The notes under the pieces are model-generated. The model was given only the letters and a program-made list of their open reading frames with translations. It searched no databases and was not told the origin of the DNA. A DNA stretch of 64,000 bases from Octopus bimaculoides (lineage: Eukaryota), in the NCBI RefSeq assembly GCF_001194135.2, contig NC_068997.1, positions 20,419,694-20,483,693 on the forward strand, read 5' to 3'. Shown piece by piece: positions 39,922 through 52,648 of this stretch (position 1 is its first letter; every line of letters begins with the position of its first letter). Made by a program: the position numbers and the translations under genes.

Positions 39922-40335
39922 GAGTAAAGATTGTTTGCCAACATAACATGGTAGTCCTGGTTTAGGACGAATGTTGCTGTAATTTAGCCCCAGGAGACAT
40001 CTTTTCCAGCTGGTTATACGACACGATCTGTGTCCTTATATTTTTGAACAAGGGAATCTAGCACCCCCACTCAGCTCAAAACAATATCTGTGTATCGCGA
40101 TTTCCGGGTTATTTCCCTTCATTATTCTGTGCTGATGAAGGGAAATAACCCGGAAATCATGATACACAGATATTGTTTTGAGCTGAGTGTGGGTGCTAGA
40201 TTCCCTTGTTCGAAAATATAAGGACGCAGATTGTGTCGTATAGCCAGCTGGAGAAGTTATCTTCTGGGACTAAATTACAGCAACATTCGTCCTAAACCAG
40301 GACTGCCATGTTAAATTGGCAAACAATCTTTACTC
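39922..40335. mobile_element. Long inverted repeat (two 203-nt arms, 8-nt spacer), probably inverted Penelope-like pseudo-LTR copies
   Basis: About 16 mismatches between arms by manual comparison (~92% identity). Each arm begins with a hammerhead-like motif. The fold-back is certain; the Penelope assignment is inferred from the ribozyme type. Confidence 0.75.
40126..40170 (+). ncRNA. Minimal type I hammerhead ribozyme
   Basis: TCTGTG-CTGATGA-A-GGG AAATAA CCC-G-GAA-ATCATGAT-A-CACAGA: stem I TCTGTG/CACAGA, CUGAUGA and GAAA cores, palindromic stem III, predicted cut after AUA at 40164. Confidence 0.72.
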
Positions 40336-40709
40336 CGATAAATGTGCTGTTTGTGAATTGAGTACTATTTCTCTCGTTTGTGTATCCAGTTTGTCTTATG
40401 TTTCTGTCTATCTATCTATCTATCTATCCATTTATCTATCTTTTTTTTTTTTCCAATATACAAGTTGACACACTGTATATAGTGTAAACATATAATGTAA
40501 ACATTCAAACATCGTCACTATCATTCTAAATTCTGCATTTCATGTGGAATATTTGCTTCTCTAAAGTTATTTCAGTGTATAAGTCAATATACTATTTTTG
40601 GCTATAAATTCCGGTCTGGAAAATTTGACTTATATGCTGGAAAATATGGTACCTACCTACCTACCTACCTATCTACCCAACCCTCACACTGAATGTGAAT
40701 GTGTGTGTG

Positions 40710-40758
<49 letters not shown>

Positions 40759-41109
40759 TTGTGTATCCAAGTGTGTATGTATGTGTATTTATCTATTTAC
40801 CTACCTAAACAGACCTACCCACTGAGTGTACAAACATATACACATTTATGTATTCTAATGTGTGTGTGTGTGTTTGTCTGTCTGTCTAATTTGTGGAAAC
40901 CATTTCCCATTATTTCATTTTATATTATTTACCATTTTAGTATAAGACAAAAAATGACAGACTTTGACAATATTTTACTTATACGTTCCTAGATAGAGTG
41001 TTGGGAAAAATATTAATTAAGAACAATTAATTAATATGCACATTAATACATTGTATCTCTGAGTTCAAATCCTGCTGTAATAAAATATTAAAGAAAAAAA
41101 AAAAAAAGA

Positions 41110-41523
41110 TAGGTGCAGGAGTGGCTGTGTGGTAAGTAGCTTGCTAACCAACCACATGGTCCTGGGTTCAGTCCCACTGCGTGGCACCTTGGGCAAGTGT
41201 CTTCTACTATAGCCTCGGGCCGACCAAAGCCTTGTGAGTGGATTTGGTAGACGGAAACTGAAAGAAGCCCGTCGTATATATGTGTATATATATATATATG
41301 TGTGTGTGTATTTGTGTGTCAGTGTTTGTCCCCCCTAGCATTGCTTGACAACCGATGCTGGTGTGTTTACATCCCCGTAACTTAGCGGTTCGGCAAAAGA
41401 GACCAATAGAATAAGTACTAGGCTTACAAAGAATAAGTCCCGGGGTCGATTTGCTCGACTAAAGGTGGTGCTCCAGCATGGCCACAGTCAAATGACTGAA
41501 ACAAGTAAAAGAGTAAAAGAGAG
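41110..41523 (+). mobile_element. Full-length tRNA-derived SINE family B with internal (TA)n(TG)n
   Basis: GGAGTGGCTGTGTGGTAAG..GGGTTCAGTCCC head, GGGCAAGTGTCTTCTACTATAGCC core, microsatellite, tail ending CAGTCAAATGACTGAAACAAGTAAAAGAG. Other copies at about 25485(-), 28650(+), 35215(-), 36405(+), 48480(+), 48690(-), 61030(+). Confidence 0.9.
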
Positions 41524-41858
41524 GGTAAGAGTATACAGTAATATACTAAGGTTAATCCAATTCTTTTTGTCCTTCCTTTAATATCAAAATCATGGCCGTG
41601 AGCGTATGTGCTTACTCAAGAGAAATTTTTTTGTTTCTTTTTGTTTTCTTTTTCTGCTGTACTGATAAATTTTTCGTCAATGTGTTGCAGTCACCTGGTG
41701 TCGAGAAATAGTTTGAGGACATCAGTTTAGAACTGGAAGGAGAAAGAGATACAATAAGGTGGCACAGATTGTAATATTTGGCTATTACATTCTGTTGATA
41801 TTTACAATGAAGTGAATGTTTTATTTGACATTAAACGATCTTCATATTCAGCTTTTCA

Positions 41859-41897
<39 letters not shown>

Positions 41898-42289
41898 CAC
41901 ACACATACATGCATATTTGCATATTTATACATGTATGCTTGTATATATGTATATATTATTTATATATTATTTATATATTATATACATCTATTGTATATAT
42001 ATATATATATATATATATCCATGCTGTGATGTGATATTAAACTGGATTTCTGATGGGACGTCAGTGATATGAGATATTGATATTGTCTCATCATAATCCT
42101 ATTATGATTATCTGATTTTCAACTATTTCGATACCAATATTTACTACATTCTGAGTTATTTGATATTAAACTATCTTGTGATATCTGGTGGGACCCCCTT
42201 TACATTATTTACTGTCATATGAGATAGAGATATTATATTGAATATTAAACTATTTCTGATATCAGGGTTTGGCGCCTATCACTATTCAT

Positions 42290-42344
42290 CTACACACGCA
42301 TAGACACACACGCATAGACACACACGCACACACACACACGCACG

Positions 42345-42398
<54 letters not shown>

Positions 42399-42462
42399 CA
42401 CACAAACATACACACTTATATATTATATATATCGCATATATATGTATATATATATATTATAT

Positions 42463-42500
<38 letters not shown>

Positions 42501-42508
42501 CACGTATG

Positions 42509-42556
<48 letters not shown>

Positions 42557-42570
42557 CACGTATGTATGTA
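42290..42570. repeat. Compound (CA)n/(TA)n microsatellite, representative of dozens in the window
   Basis: Read directly. Such repeats produce most of the low-complexity ORFs ([18 protein letters not shown]) in the ORF track. Confidence 0.98.
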
Positions 42571-43753
42571 GGAAGTTATTTGCTTGTTTAAAGGGAGGAG
42601 GTTTTAGAGTTATAATGTCATTGGAAACGGTTTATTGTGAAATTTCGGCTCTTCTGTATTTATTTTATTTGTTTTCGATTAGTGTAGTTTCATAAGCATG
42701 TGTGATTTTTTTTTTGGGGTGGATCTAGGTCAAGCATTTTCCAGGGTCCAGTGCACTATAATAGAAATAACAATGTTCATGTAGGGCTTTCGTAAAAGGC
42801 AGCATGCTGGTCTTTCTTTTAGTGGGGGAGTTTCGTAAGTTAATTAGGTATTTATTTAAAATTCGTTCAATGTTCACACGGCTATTTAAAAATTGTGATT
42901 TCAAGAACTGTGTGCTATTAACCTGGTTTCTGCTATTTCTTATAATCTCTTTTTTTTTTTTTAAATTCTGTTGCTGAAATGATTTCATGTGTGGAAACGC
43001 ACAGCAGATGACAGAGTGTTTTAAGCTATTGTTTTAAGTTTCATAGACAATGTTTAAGAGTGTGTGGGCTATTATGAGATATTATCAAAAGATCAGATCA
43101 TGCTTCCCATAAAAAGTATAAGGGGACATAATAAGTATGAGTTATAAAAACATTGGAGTGAAAGTTTAGGTGTTTAGTCATCATACTTTAGAAGCCTGAA
43201 CTGTATAAGTGTTAAATAATACAGTCAGCATGTGAGCTTCAGATAGCAATGATCAAACCACATGGCTCTGAGATCAGTTCCACTGAGATCAGAGCCAGTC
43301 TAGGGGGACTGAAATCAACCACGCTCGAATGATGCTTTTTATGAGCCACCGGCACAGGTGCCAGTCAGGCGGTACTGACATCAGTAACGACAATAATTTC
43401 AATGGGGCTGAACCAAGAACCATGTGGTTGAGAGGCAAAGTACCACATAGCTATGCCTATAATAGTTTGAACGTTTTAAATTTGTCTTGCAGTAAACTCC
43501 TCTGAAACAATCCCCCATGCAGGCATACACGAAATGGACAGAAGATGTCGAGTTGAGTTTTGGTTTGCTGATGTCTTTTTTGGATGCATTCTCAGAATGA
43601 AATGCAAACACTTTGCTAATGGTGCCATGATAGACTATTTGGCGCTAACTGAGCTTGAGATATTTTTACAAGCTGTCTAATATCTTCATTGTTACTTTAT
43701 CTTTATCCACAGAATCACCTGGAACATACACATGCAGAAACACACACATACAC

Positions 43754-43790
<37 letters not shown>

Positions 43791-44176
43791 CAGAGTAATG
43801 TGGGGAAGTTCAGAATGAATAATAACTTACATAAAAGAAAAACCTAGAGAGAATTAACTGACATTATTGCCTGGAATATGAAACAAGTAAATCCAAATGC
43901 TCAATTTGAGGTGATGCCACTATGCTAACAACAAAAACAGCATCAAGAATAGCAGCAGCAGTTGCAATAATTCTGAACTCCTTATGAAATAGTTTTGCTA
44001 CATTTAATATTTCACAAAGCCGTACACTGACTGATTAGCTACTAGCTTATCTCTATGGTGTTTCATTCCGTGTTGAATTAGTTCAGACCTTGCTTCTTTT
44101 GTGTGAAGCAATCTATTATTAAAATACAAACCTTTGCACAAATGTACACAGTTATGTTTTGATAGGTCCATCATCA

Positions 44177-44207
<31 letters not shown>

Positions 44208-45806
44208 AAATATTTGAGCTGCTTTTTTGTATATTCATAACATTTATATATATATATCTAACGACAAATACTTCATCAGCTTTTTTTCCTAGGCATTAAA
44301 ATATCAAGGTTTTTGAAAAAAGAAAAAAAAGATTTTTTGCCCCCCCCCCCCTTCCTGAAGTACACTTCTCAACCATGTGGTTTTGGGTTCTTGGTAAGAA
44401 TTGAATTTAGGCACAAAATGTCTGGAACTAAATACTGTATTGTACTGTATTTAGTCTGGTCCTTTGCTATCTTCTAAGTAATTTTAAATGCCCCTTTATA
44501 ATAACAATACTTCTCTCCTCGTTTATCATGGTTGTTTGGTTACAGAAAATACTGTGCTAAATGAATCAGTGATAAATAGATAATAGAACCCAGGGAAAAA
44601 AAAAAATTTATTCTGAGATCCCAAGTCGTCCCTTTTTAATTACGCAAATAATGCCTTCAAGTAGTTTTTAAATATACATAATGAAATTTTGTTTCATGGT
44701 TGGCAAAATATAGAGAGTAAAATTTAATAACACATGATCAGTAAATGAAAAAAAAAAAAAAAAACCCAAAACAACTGGTTTCTGACCCATGTCTGTGAAC
44801 ATAACTTGGTTCACAATCGACCGTACTGTGTTATCTTTTATCTGTGATAAATAAGGATAGGTGTATTTCTAAAAATATTGATACTGATATTTTTAAAAAA
44901 TTGGCTCAAACCCATCCACAAATTCACTGAAGCTAATTCCTTCTCGTATATTACTGATACTTATTAGATTTTACTTTGAGACAAAGTAAAATTTTACAGA
45001 GAGACAAAGTTGATCCTAGCAGCTGTATTTGAACTCAGAATTCTTGAATTTAGAACTAACTTGTATGACACATTTTGTCTAGCGCTTTACCACTTCTAGT
45101 GCTAAAGAGCTTATAATACTTCAAATTAATAACCAAAATGGAAATTTGGAAGTGACAGGAATTTAAAAATATTGTAGCTGCTTCTTATTACTAACATACA
45201 CAAAAAAAATAGAAAACGAAGAAACTGAATTCCTAATCACAAGCTGGGTGACTTTTGTTTTGTTTTTACTTTATTATAAATTTAATCTTGCATTAATGGA
45301 ACAAATTATTGATTAATACAAGTGGAAAATAAAAATAAAAGAAAATTAAAAAAATACTCGGTATGTAATGAACTGACGATGACTAGTGGCTCTGCTCCTG
45401 TACCCTTCCTTGGTCATAGGTTTGTAATGACTGGCATCAACATTGAGCTGTCAGAGTTGTGTACCTTCTACCAATATGCTTGCCAACTTGACGTTTATTT
45501 GGAAATCCATCAAGAGGACTTCAGCGGAGTTCTTCCTTATTGCCTCTGTTATCCTTACAAATGTTGCTTTGCTTTCTACTTTACATTCATTGCTTTGTTG
45601 TTCTTGTTGTTTGGATCAGTTACATTCAAAACAAATAAATCAAAGAATTTTTAAAATAATGATAATAAATGAAAAGTGAGCAAGATTTTTTTCTTTGCTT
45701 GTTTTATTATATAATTTGTAATTCGTTTATGAGATTTCTCCCTGGAGAACCATTACTTTCTATATGTTAATGAAGTATATATATATGTATGTATGTATAT
45801 ATGTAT

Positions 45807-45846
<40 letters not shown>

Positions 45847-45965
45847 TTTTTGTTCGTTTATTTTCAAAGCACCTCACCAAAAAATTGGAGGTAAGTAAAA
45901 TTGTTGGGTTGCTTCATCAGGGAAATTACTATGGGTGAAATTAATTTATTATTTATATAATAATT

Positions 45966-46018
<53 letters not shown>

Positions 46019-46728
46019 NNNNNNNNNNNNNNNNNNNNNNNNNNNNNNNNNNNNNNNNNNNNNNNNNNNNNNNNNNNNNNNNNNNNNNNNNNNNNNNNNN
46101 NNNNNNNNNNNNNNNNNNNNNNNNNNNNNNNNNNNNNNNNNNNNNNNNNNNNNNNNNNNNNNNNNNNNNNNNNNNNNNNNNNNNNNNNNNNNNNNNNNNN
46201 NNNNNNNNNNNNNNNNNNNNNNNNNNNNNNNNNNNNNNNNNNNNNNNNNNNNNNNNNNNNNNNNNNNNNNNNNNNNNNNNNNNNNNNNNNNNNNNNNNNN
46301 NNNNNNNNNNNNNNNNNNNNNNNNNNNNNNNNNNNNNNNNNNNNNNNNNNNNNNNNNNNNNNNNNNNNNNNNNNNNNNNNNNNNNNNNNNNNNNNNNNNN
46401 NNNNNNNNNNNNNNNNNNNNNNNNNNNNNNNNNNNNNNNNNNNNNNNNNNNNNNNNNNNNNNNNNNNNNNNNNNNNNNNNNNNNNNNNNNNNNNNNNNNN
46501 NNNNNNNNNNNNNNNNNNNNNNNNNNNNNNNNNNNNNNNNNNNNNNNNNNNNNNNNNNNNNNNNNNNNNNNNNNNNNNNNNNNNNNNNNNNNNNNNNNNN
46601 NNNNNNNNNNNNNNNNNNNNNNNNNNNNNNNNNNNNNNNNNNNNNNNNNNNNNNNNNNNNNNNNNNNNNNNNNNNNNNNNNNNNNNNNNNNNNNNNNNNN
46701 NNNNNNNNNNNNNNNNNNNNNNNNNNNT

Positions 46729-46769
<41 letters not shown>

Positions 46770-46905
46770 TATATATGCGGCTCGTGTGTTTTCTCGTCTA
46801 CATTTGTTTGCAATGTCCTGTACCCAGATATGCACCTATACATACAGGTGGATGTCGGTATGCACATACCTGTACGTATATATGCATATACTCATTTACT
46901 ATTTG

Positions 46906-46941
<36 letters not shown>

Positions 46942-48626
46942 TATGTGTGTGCGTGTGCGTATGTATGTATATATATATATATATACATATATATTTATTT
47001 ATTTATATATCGTTACTATTATGCAAAAGTGTCGCAAGTCCAAAATGTTGCTTTTTTCAGAAAATGAAAAGATAGTTTCGCCATTTCATAGCAAAACCAT
47101 TCTACTACACTTTGACGATTTTTGATATCTTGGCATCTGAAGCAGCTGGAGATACGATAGTTTGACCAAAAGAACCGGTCATGGCAAGCAAAAATAAATA
47201 TTGCGAAAAACACTTTTGGTCAAATTTGGTCATACAACAGTTTAGCATAATACCAACAATATACACACACATATGTGCATATATGCACACACACACACAC
47301 ACACACACGGTTGTTCATATATGACAGCATTATGGATTTACACATTGTACAAAGTTTGTTTGAACAACTTCTATGCTCTGATGCAGTCAGAGGATATATA
47401 GAGGACATCTTCAATGATGAAGAAACTGAAAAAAAAAAAAAAGCATTTTAGGAAAGAGACAAGATAATTTGAAGATTTTTCCAAAATTTCTACAACAATT
47501 TCTCCATTTTCAAAATATGCTATCTTAGCTGGAAGTGAAGGGGGCTACCATGCTGTCGTGGTAAATTGATTGGTTTATTATTTATTTTCTTACCAGACAG
47601 AATGAAGGCTCGGAACCTGTGCAGTTTCTTAAGGAACCATGGTTTCACTTATCTCAGTTTATCTAACTGGCCCTACTTCCATTCTACTACCTTAAGATTG
47701 TCTCAAGGGTTTTGTGAAATGACTTATCATGCTTTACCGATTATCGTTAACAGTGCCACCATCATCATCATCATCATTGTCATCACCATACAACATTGGT
47801 TTATTTGGGTTTTTTTTTTTTACATGTATGCTACCAAGGTCTTTGTTTTATAGAATTAGTAAAGATAATTGGTGATATGTGCATGTACATAGACACTCAC
47901 ACACACAGCTCAATGAGGTTCTTAACAGAGCGATGCTGCTACAACTGGGAGGTGCTGCTGCTTGCATCCAGAAAGAAATCCACTTTATTAATTAATATAA
48001 ACTCATTAACAAACATGCTCGTGCCTGTGGTCTATATGGGTGCTCTTACCTCTTTCTGCTTTACTGCTATTATAATTGTCTCTGTTCCTTGGAGTTGACT
48101 CATCTGGTGCCTCCTTCACTCATGCACTCCCAACCCATTCAGCCCTCCTCCTTTCATTACCCTTGTTGTGTCCCATCCCCCGAGGTCCCACACTAGTCAC
48201 TCTATCCAGTCCTTCCTCTCTGCAACATTTGGCCTCTGAAATTCTTCTCCCTGCTCTTGTCTTTCCTTTCAGGTTTAAACACAGGATAGTTAACAAAATT
48301 ACTCTCACAGGCCACAGAGGGGCGGCAAACACTAAAGACATTGTCCCATCCTTCAGACCCATTGTCATCACCATCATCATTTGATGTCTGCCTTTCATGC
48401 TGGCATGGGTGGGATGGTTTGACAGGAGCCAGCCAGACAGAAGCCTGCACTAGACTTCTGTGTCTGTTTTGGCATGACTGTGTGGTAAGAAACTTGCTTC
48501 CTAACCATATGAGTCTGGGTTCAGTCCTACTGTATAGCACCTTGGGCAAGTGTCTTCTGCTATAGCCTTGGGCTGACCAAAGCCTTGTGAGTAGGTTTAG
48601 TAAACGGAAACTGGAAGAAACCCCTT

Positions 48627-48684
<58 letters not shown>

Positions 48685-49384
48685 TCTAGACGACAGGCTT
48701 CTTTCAGTTTCTGTCCACCAAATCCACTCGCAAGGCTTTGGTCAGCCTGATGTTATAGTAGAACACACTTGCCCAAGATGCAGTGGGACTGAACTTGGAA
48801 CCATATGGAGCTAGGAAGTAAGCTTCTTACTATGCAGCCACACTTGTACACGCACAGACACATATATATATAAATGTAGATAAACCACCTAGACAAAAAG
48901 AAAATTAAAAAAAGGGGGATTTCGGTCTGACTAAGTTCATAAGAGATCAATTTCCTGACCACAGAGAGAATGTTGGCTTATACTTGTTTGTACCATATGT
49001 AAACTCTGACAAAATTAAATTGGTCTGTTTAATTTGCATAACAGTGTAAGCACTGACAGGATAAATTAATGAAGGTATTAATTAAAAGGCACACAATACA
49101 GCTTTAGGATAATTAGAAATGTAAGGTAAACTTACTAAGTGTGTTTTTAATTAATTAGATTTATATTTAATATCGTGTGTGTGCGTGCGTGTGTATGTAT
49201 ATACATCTATATATATGTGTGTAAGTGTGTTTATACTGGTTTAAAAGCTATTGTCATATTGCGTTGCTGTATGTCCCATAACCTAGTGGTTCAACAAATA
49301 GAGATCAATAAAATAAGTATTAGAGTCAATATCTTTGACTGAGCCTTTGAAGGCCACAGTAAAACGGTGTGTGTGTGGGTGTCT

Positions 49385-49670
49385 AAATGCATGTATCTAT
49401 ATGTTTCACCTTTGAAATGCTTGTGTGGTTTGCACTGGGGGCATTTTCCTTGCTTCTGCTCACCGTACAATACCTGCTTTGGCATGGGGGATGTCCTTGA
49501 AACAGACAAGGTCGCCAGTCGATCTAAGCTGGTGTTTCATTGCCATGGACTCAATGCTCATCATTTCCACCAACTGCAGTGCTCTCATATCAGGTACATG
49601 AGATCTTCAGGATATTATGCAAGCATCGTTAGTGAAATCATTTGAGATGCTGAATATACCTGTCTACGTT
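49385..49670 (-). mobile_element. Degenerate RTE-BovB-type LINE fragment
   Basis: Minus strand reads FH*RCLHNILKI and MPKQVLYGE..GKCPQCKPHKHFK. Confidence 0.75.
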
Positions 49671-50121
49671 TTGCATTCAAACATCAAATTAAATTATTCT
49701 TGGTTTTCAAGTTAGCAAAGGTTTGCCGTTTGTTCTGTCAGTTTGACATAACATTTCATTTTCAAGTTGTGCATTGGTAACAAAGAGATTCACCTTCCTT
49801 ATAAGTATATGTACATATATATATATGGCCTAGTTGTTAGGCATGTTGCACTCATGATCTTGAGATCATGGTTTCAACTCCCAGACCAGTTGTGTTCTTG
49901 AAGCAAAACACTTCATTTCATGTTGCCCCACCTCACTCATTTGTAGACGGGTAACCCTGTGATGGACTAGCTTCTTCCAATCAGGTTGAATGTTAGCCTG
50001 CTCGCCTTGTCAGCAGGGGAGGCATCATTCAAAAGTGAAAAATGATGCAAACCACACTGTGACCAGCGATGTATAACAACATCTGATAGTCTGGTTGATC
50101 ATGTGTAATAAGTATGTATGT

Positions 50122-50490
50122 AAGGCGGCGAGCTGGCAGAAACGTTAGCACATCGGGCGAAATGCTTAGCAGTATTTCGTCTGCCGTTACGTTCTGAGTT
50201 CAAATTCCGCCAAGGTTGACTTTGCCTTTCATCCATTTGGGGGTCAATAAATTAAGTACCAGTTACGCACTGGGGTCGATATAATCGACTTAATCCGTTT
50301 GTCTGTCCTTGTTTGTCACCTCTATGTTTAGCCCCTTGTGGGCAATAAAAAAATAAGAAACGTTAGCACGCCGGGCGAAATGCTTAGCAGTATTTTGCAT
50401 GTCTTTATGTTCAAATTCCGCCAAGATCGACTTTGTCTAATTGACTGGCTCCTCCCCCCAAAATTTTGGGCCTTGTGCCTAGAAGAGAAT
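50122..50490 (+). mobile_element. SINE family A: well-preserved copy plus partial duplicate
   Basis: AAGGCGGCGAGCTGGCAGAAACGTTAGCACATCGGGCGAAATGCTTAGC..GTTCTGAGTTCAAATTCCGCC with A/B-box-like head; head repeated at about 50358. Confidence 0.85.
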
Positions 50491-51255
50491 AGAATATGTA
50501 TGTATGTGTGTGTGTATAGGTATGTTTATGTATGTGTATATATGGATATGCATTTATCTGTGTATATGTGTGTGAGATATATAGTGAAGGCACATGATTC
50601 AAATGGTTAGAGATTTGAGCTCACAATCATGAGGTAGTGAGTTTGATTCCTGGACTGGGCCGTGTGTTGTGTTCTTCAGCATTCACATTGCCCCAGTTCA
50701 CTCAGTTGTAGAAATGAGTTGTGATATCACTGGTGTCAGACTGCATCAGCCCTTGCTTTTCCTTTGGATAACATCAGTGGCGAGGAGGGGAGAGGCAGGT
50801 ATGCATGGGCGACTTCTGGTCTTTCATAAATAACCTTGCCCTGGACTTGTGTTTCGGAGGGTAACTTTCATGACCAAAGTTGGTTTGTACTGATATATAT
50901 ATATGACCTTATGGTTGGAATGAAATCCGCATAGTAAGATCAGGTGACTTACTCCACTTGGTGACGAGAGAAAACATCACTCACTACTATTTGGCAAAAA
51001 TCTCATGCAAATCTTTAAAAAGACATGTCTTATGAATAAAATGAAAATTCCTGGATATCAAATGTATCCATTTTATTCATGCTTTATTTTAACCTTTTGG
51101 ATGTTAGTTCAGTCATGGAGTTCTAACTGCTAATGTTGTTTTACCTCATTGTGCTGCTAATTTGGTTCTGTTCTATAATTCTCTATTAAATCAATCAATA
51201 CCGCTACTGCTTGCACTGTTGGTTTAATTAGATGTGGCACTCCTCTCTTCTCATA

Positions 51256-51294
<39 letters not shown>

Positions 51295-51967
51295 CACTCT
51301 CTCTCTCTCCAACTTGTCATTTTTAACCTCTCTAATTGTGTCAGCTAAATGTCAAAAACATCAATTTATTGCATTTTTGTTTTTGTTTTAATATATTTTG
51401 TCATTTTTTTTTGTCTGTTTTCCTTTCTGAAACCATGGGTTTGGTTTCATTTTTTTTTTTTATTCTTTCCTCCATATAGAACCAAATAAGTAATAAATCA
51501 ATATTATTCTCCCTATAAAGGTCTCATAGATTTTATTTTTATTTATTCATTTATTTTTATTCTTCCTAATATCTCATTTGCGGACAAAGGTTAGCGAAAT
51601 TAGTTGATTTATAATTGCAATCAGTTTATTTCAGATTTCTAAATTACCTATCAGCGATAATTTCTTTCTTCTGATGAATAAAATAAACCTTATAATATAA
51701 ATGGCAATGTAATTTGAAAGAATATTGAGAGAATATTCACAGAATATTGTAATTATAATCAAAGGTTGATCAACAATGATGAATTATAAATTAGGTAAGT
51801 GGATGTAGATTAGTAAATATGTCAAAATAGATAACTGTTAACGAGGAAACTAATAAAAATGGATATCTGATTATGCAAGAACATTGTGGAATTGATTATT
51901 TATGAGATGATCTCAAGGCACGCAATTGAGAATTGAATGATTATGGGTAACGGTAGAGTCATGTGGA

Positions 51968-52014
<47 letters not shown>

Positions 52015-52029
52015 CGATGATGATGATGA

Positions 52030-52615
52030 TTTCAAATTTTAGCACAAAGCCAGCAGTTTTGAGGGAGAGGCTGAGTCGATTTCATCAACTCCAGTGTTCA
52101 ACTGGTACTTATTTTATTGACCCCGAGAGGATGAAAGACAAAGTCAACTTTGGCAGAGTTTGAACTCAGAACATAAAGACTGACAAAATGCCACTAAGCA
52201 TTTTGTCCAGCGTGCTACTTGTTCTGCCATCTCAACACCTTAATCATCATCATCATCATCGTTTAACGTCCACCTTCCAAGCTAGCATGGGTTGGACGAT
52301 TTGACTGAGGACAGGTGAAACCGGATGGTAACACCAGGCTCCAATCTAAATTTGGCAGAGTTTCTACAGCTGGATGCCCTTCCTAACGCCAACCACTCAG
52401 AGAGTGTAGTAGGTGCTTTTACGTGTCACCTGCACGAAGGCCAGTCAGGCGATACTGGCAACTGCCACGCTCGAAATGGTGTCTTTTATGTGCCACCCAC
52501 ACAAGCCAGTCCAGGGGCACTGGCAACGATCTCGCTCGAAAATCCTACGAAGGCCAGTCAGGCGGTACTGGCAACAGCCACGCTCAAAATGGTGCATCTT
52601 ATGTGCCACCCGCAC

Positions 52616-52648
<33 letters not shown>

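Noticed and set aside
45360-45630. Non-repetitive block with ORFs on both strands
   Set aside because: Stops interrupt the best frames and no family was recognised.
47589-47670. Possible exon NEGSEPVQFLKEPWFHLSQFI* after a ccagacag acceptor
   Set aside because: No similarity to the zeta-COP C-terminus; such acceptors are common by chance.
50122-50210. tRNA gene
   Set aside because: The A/B-box-like head continues into a multi-copy SINE body with no cloverleaf or terminator.
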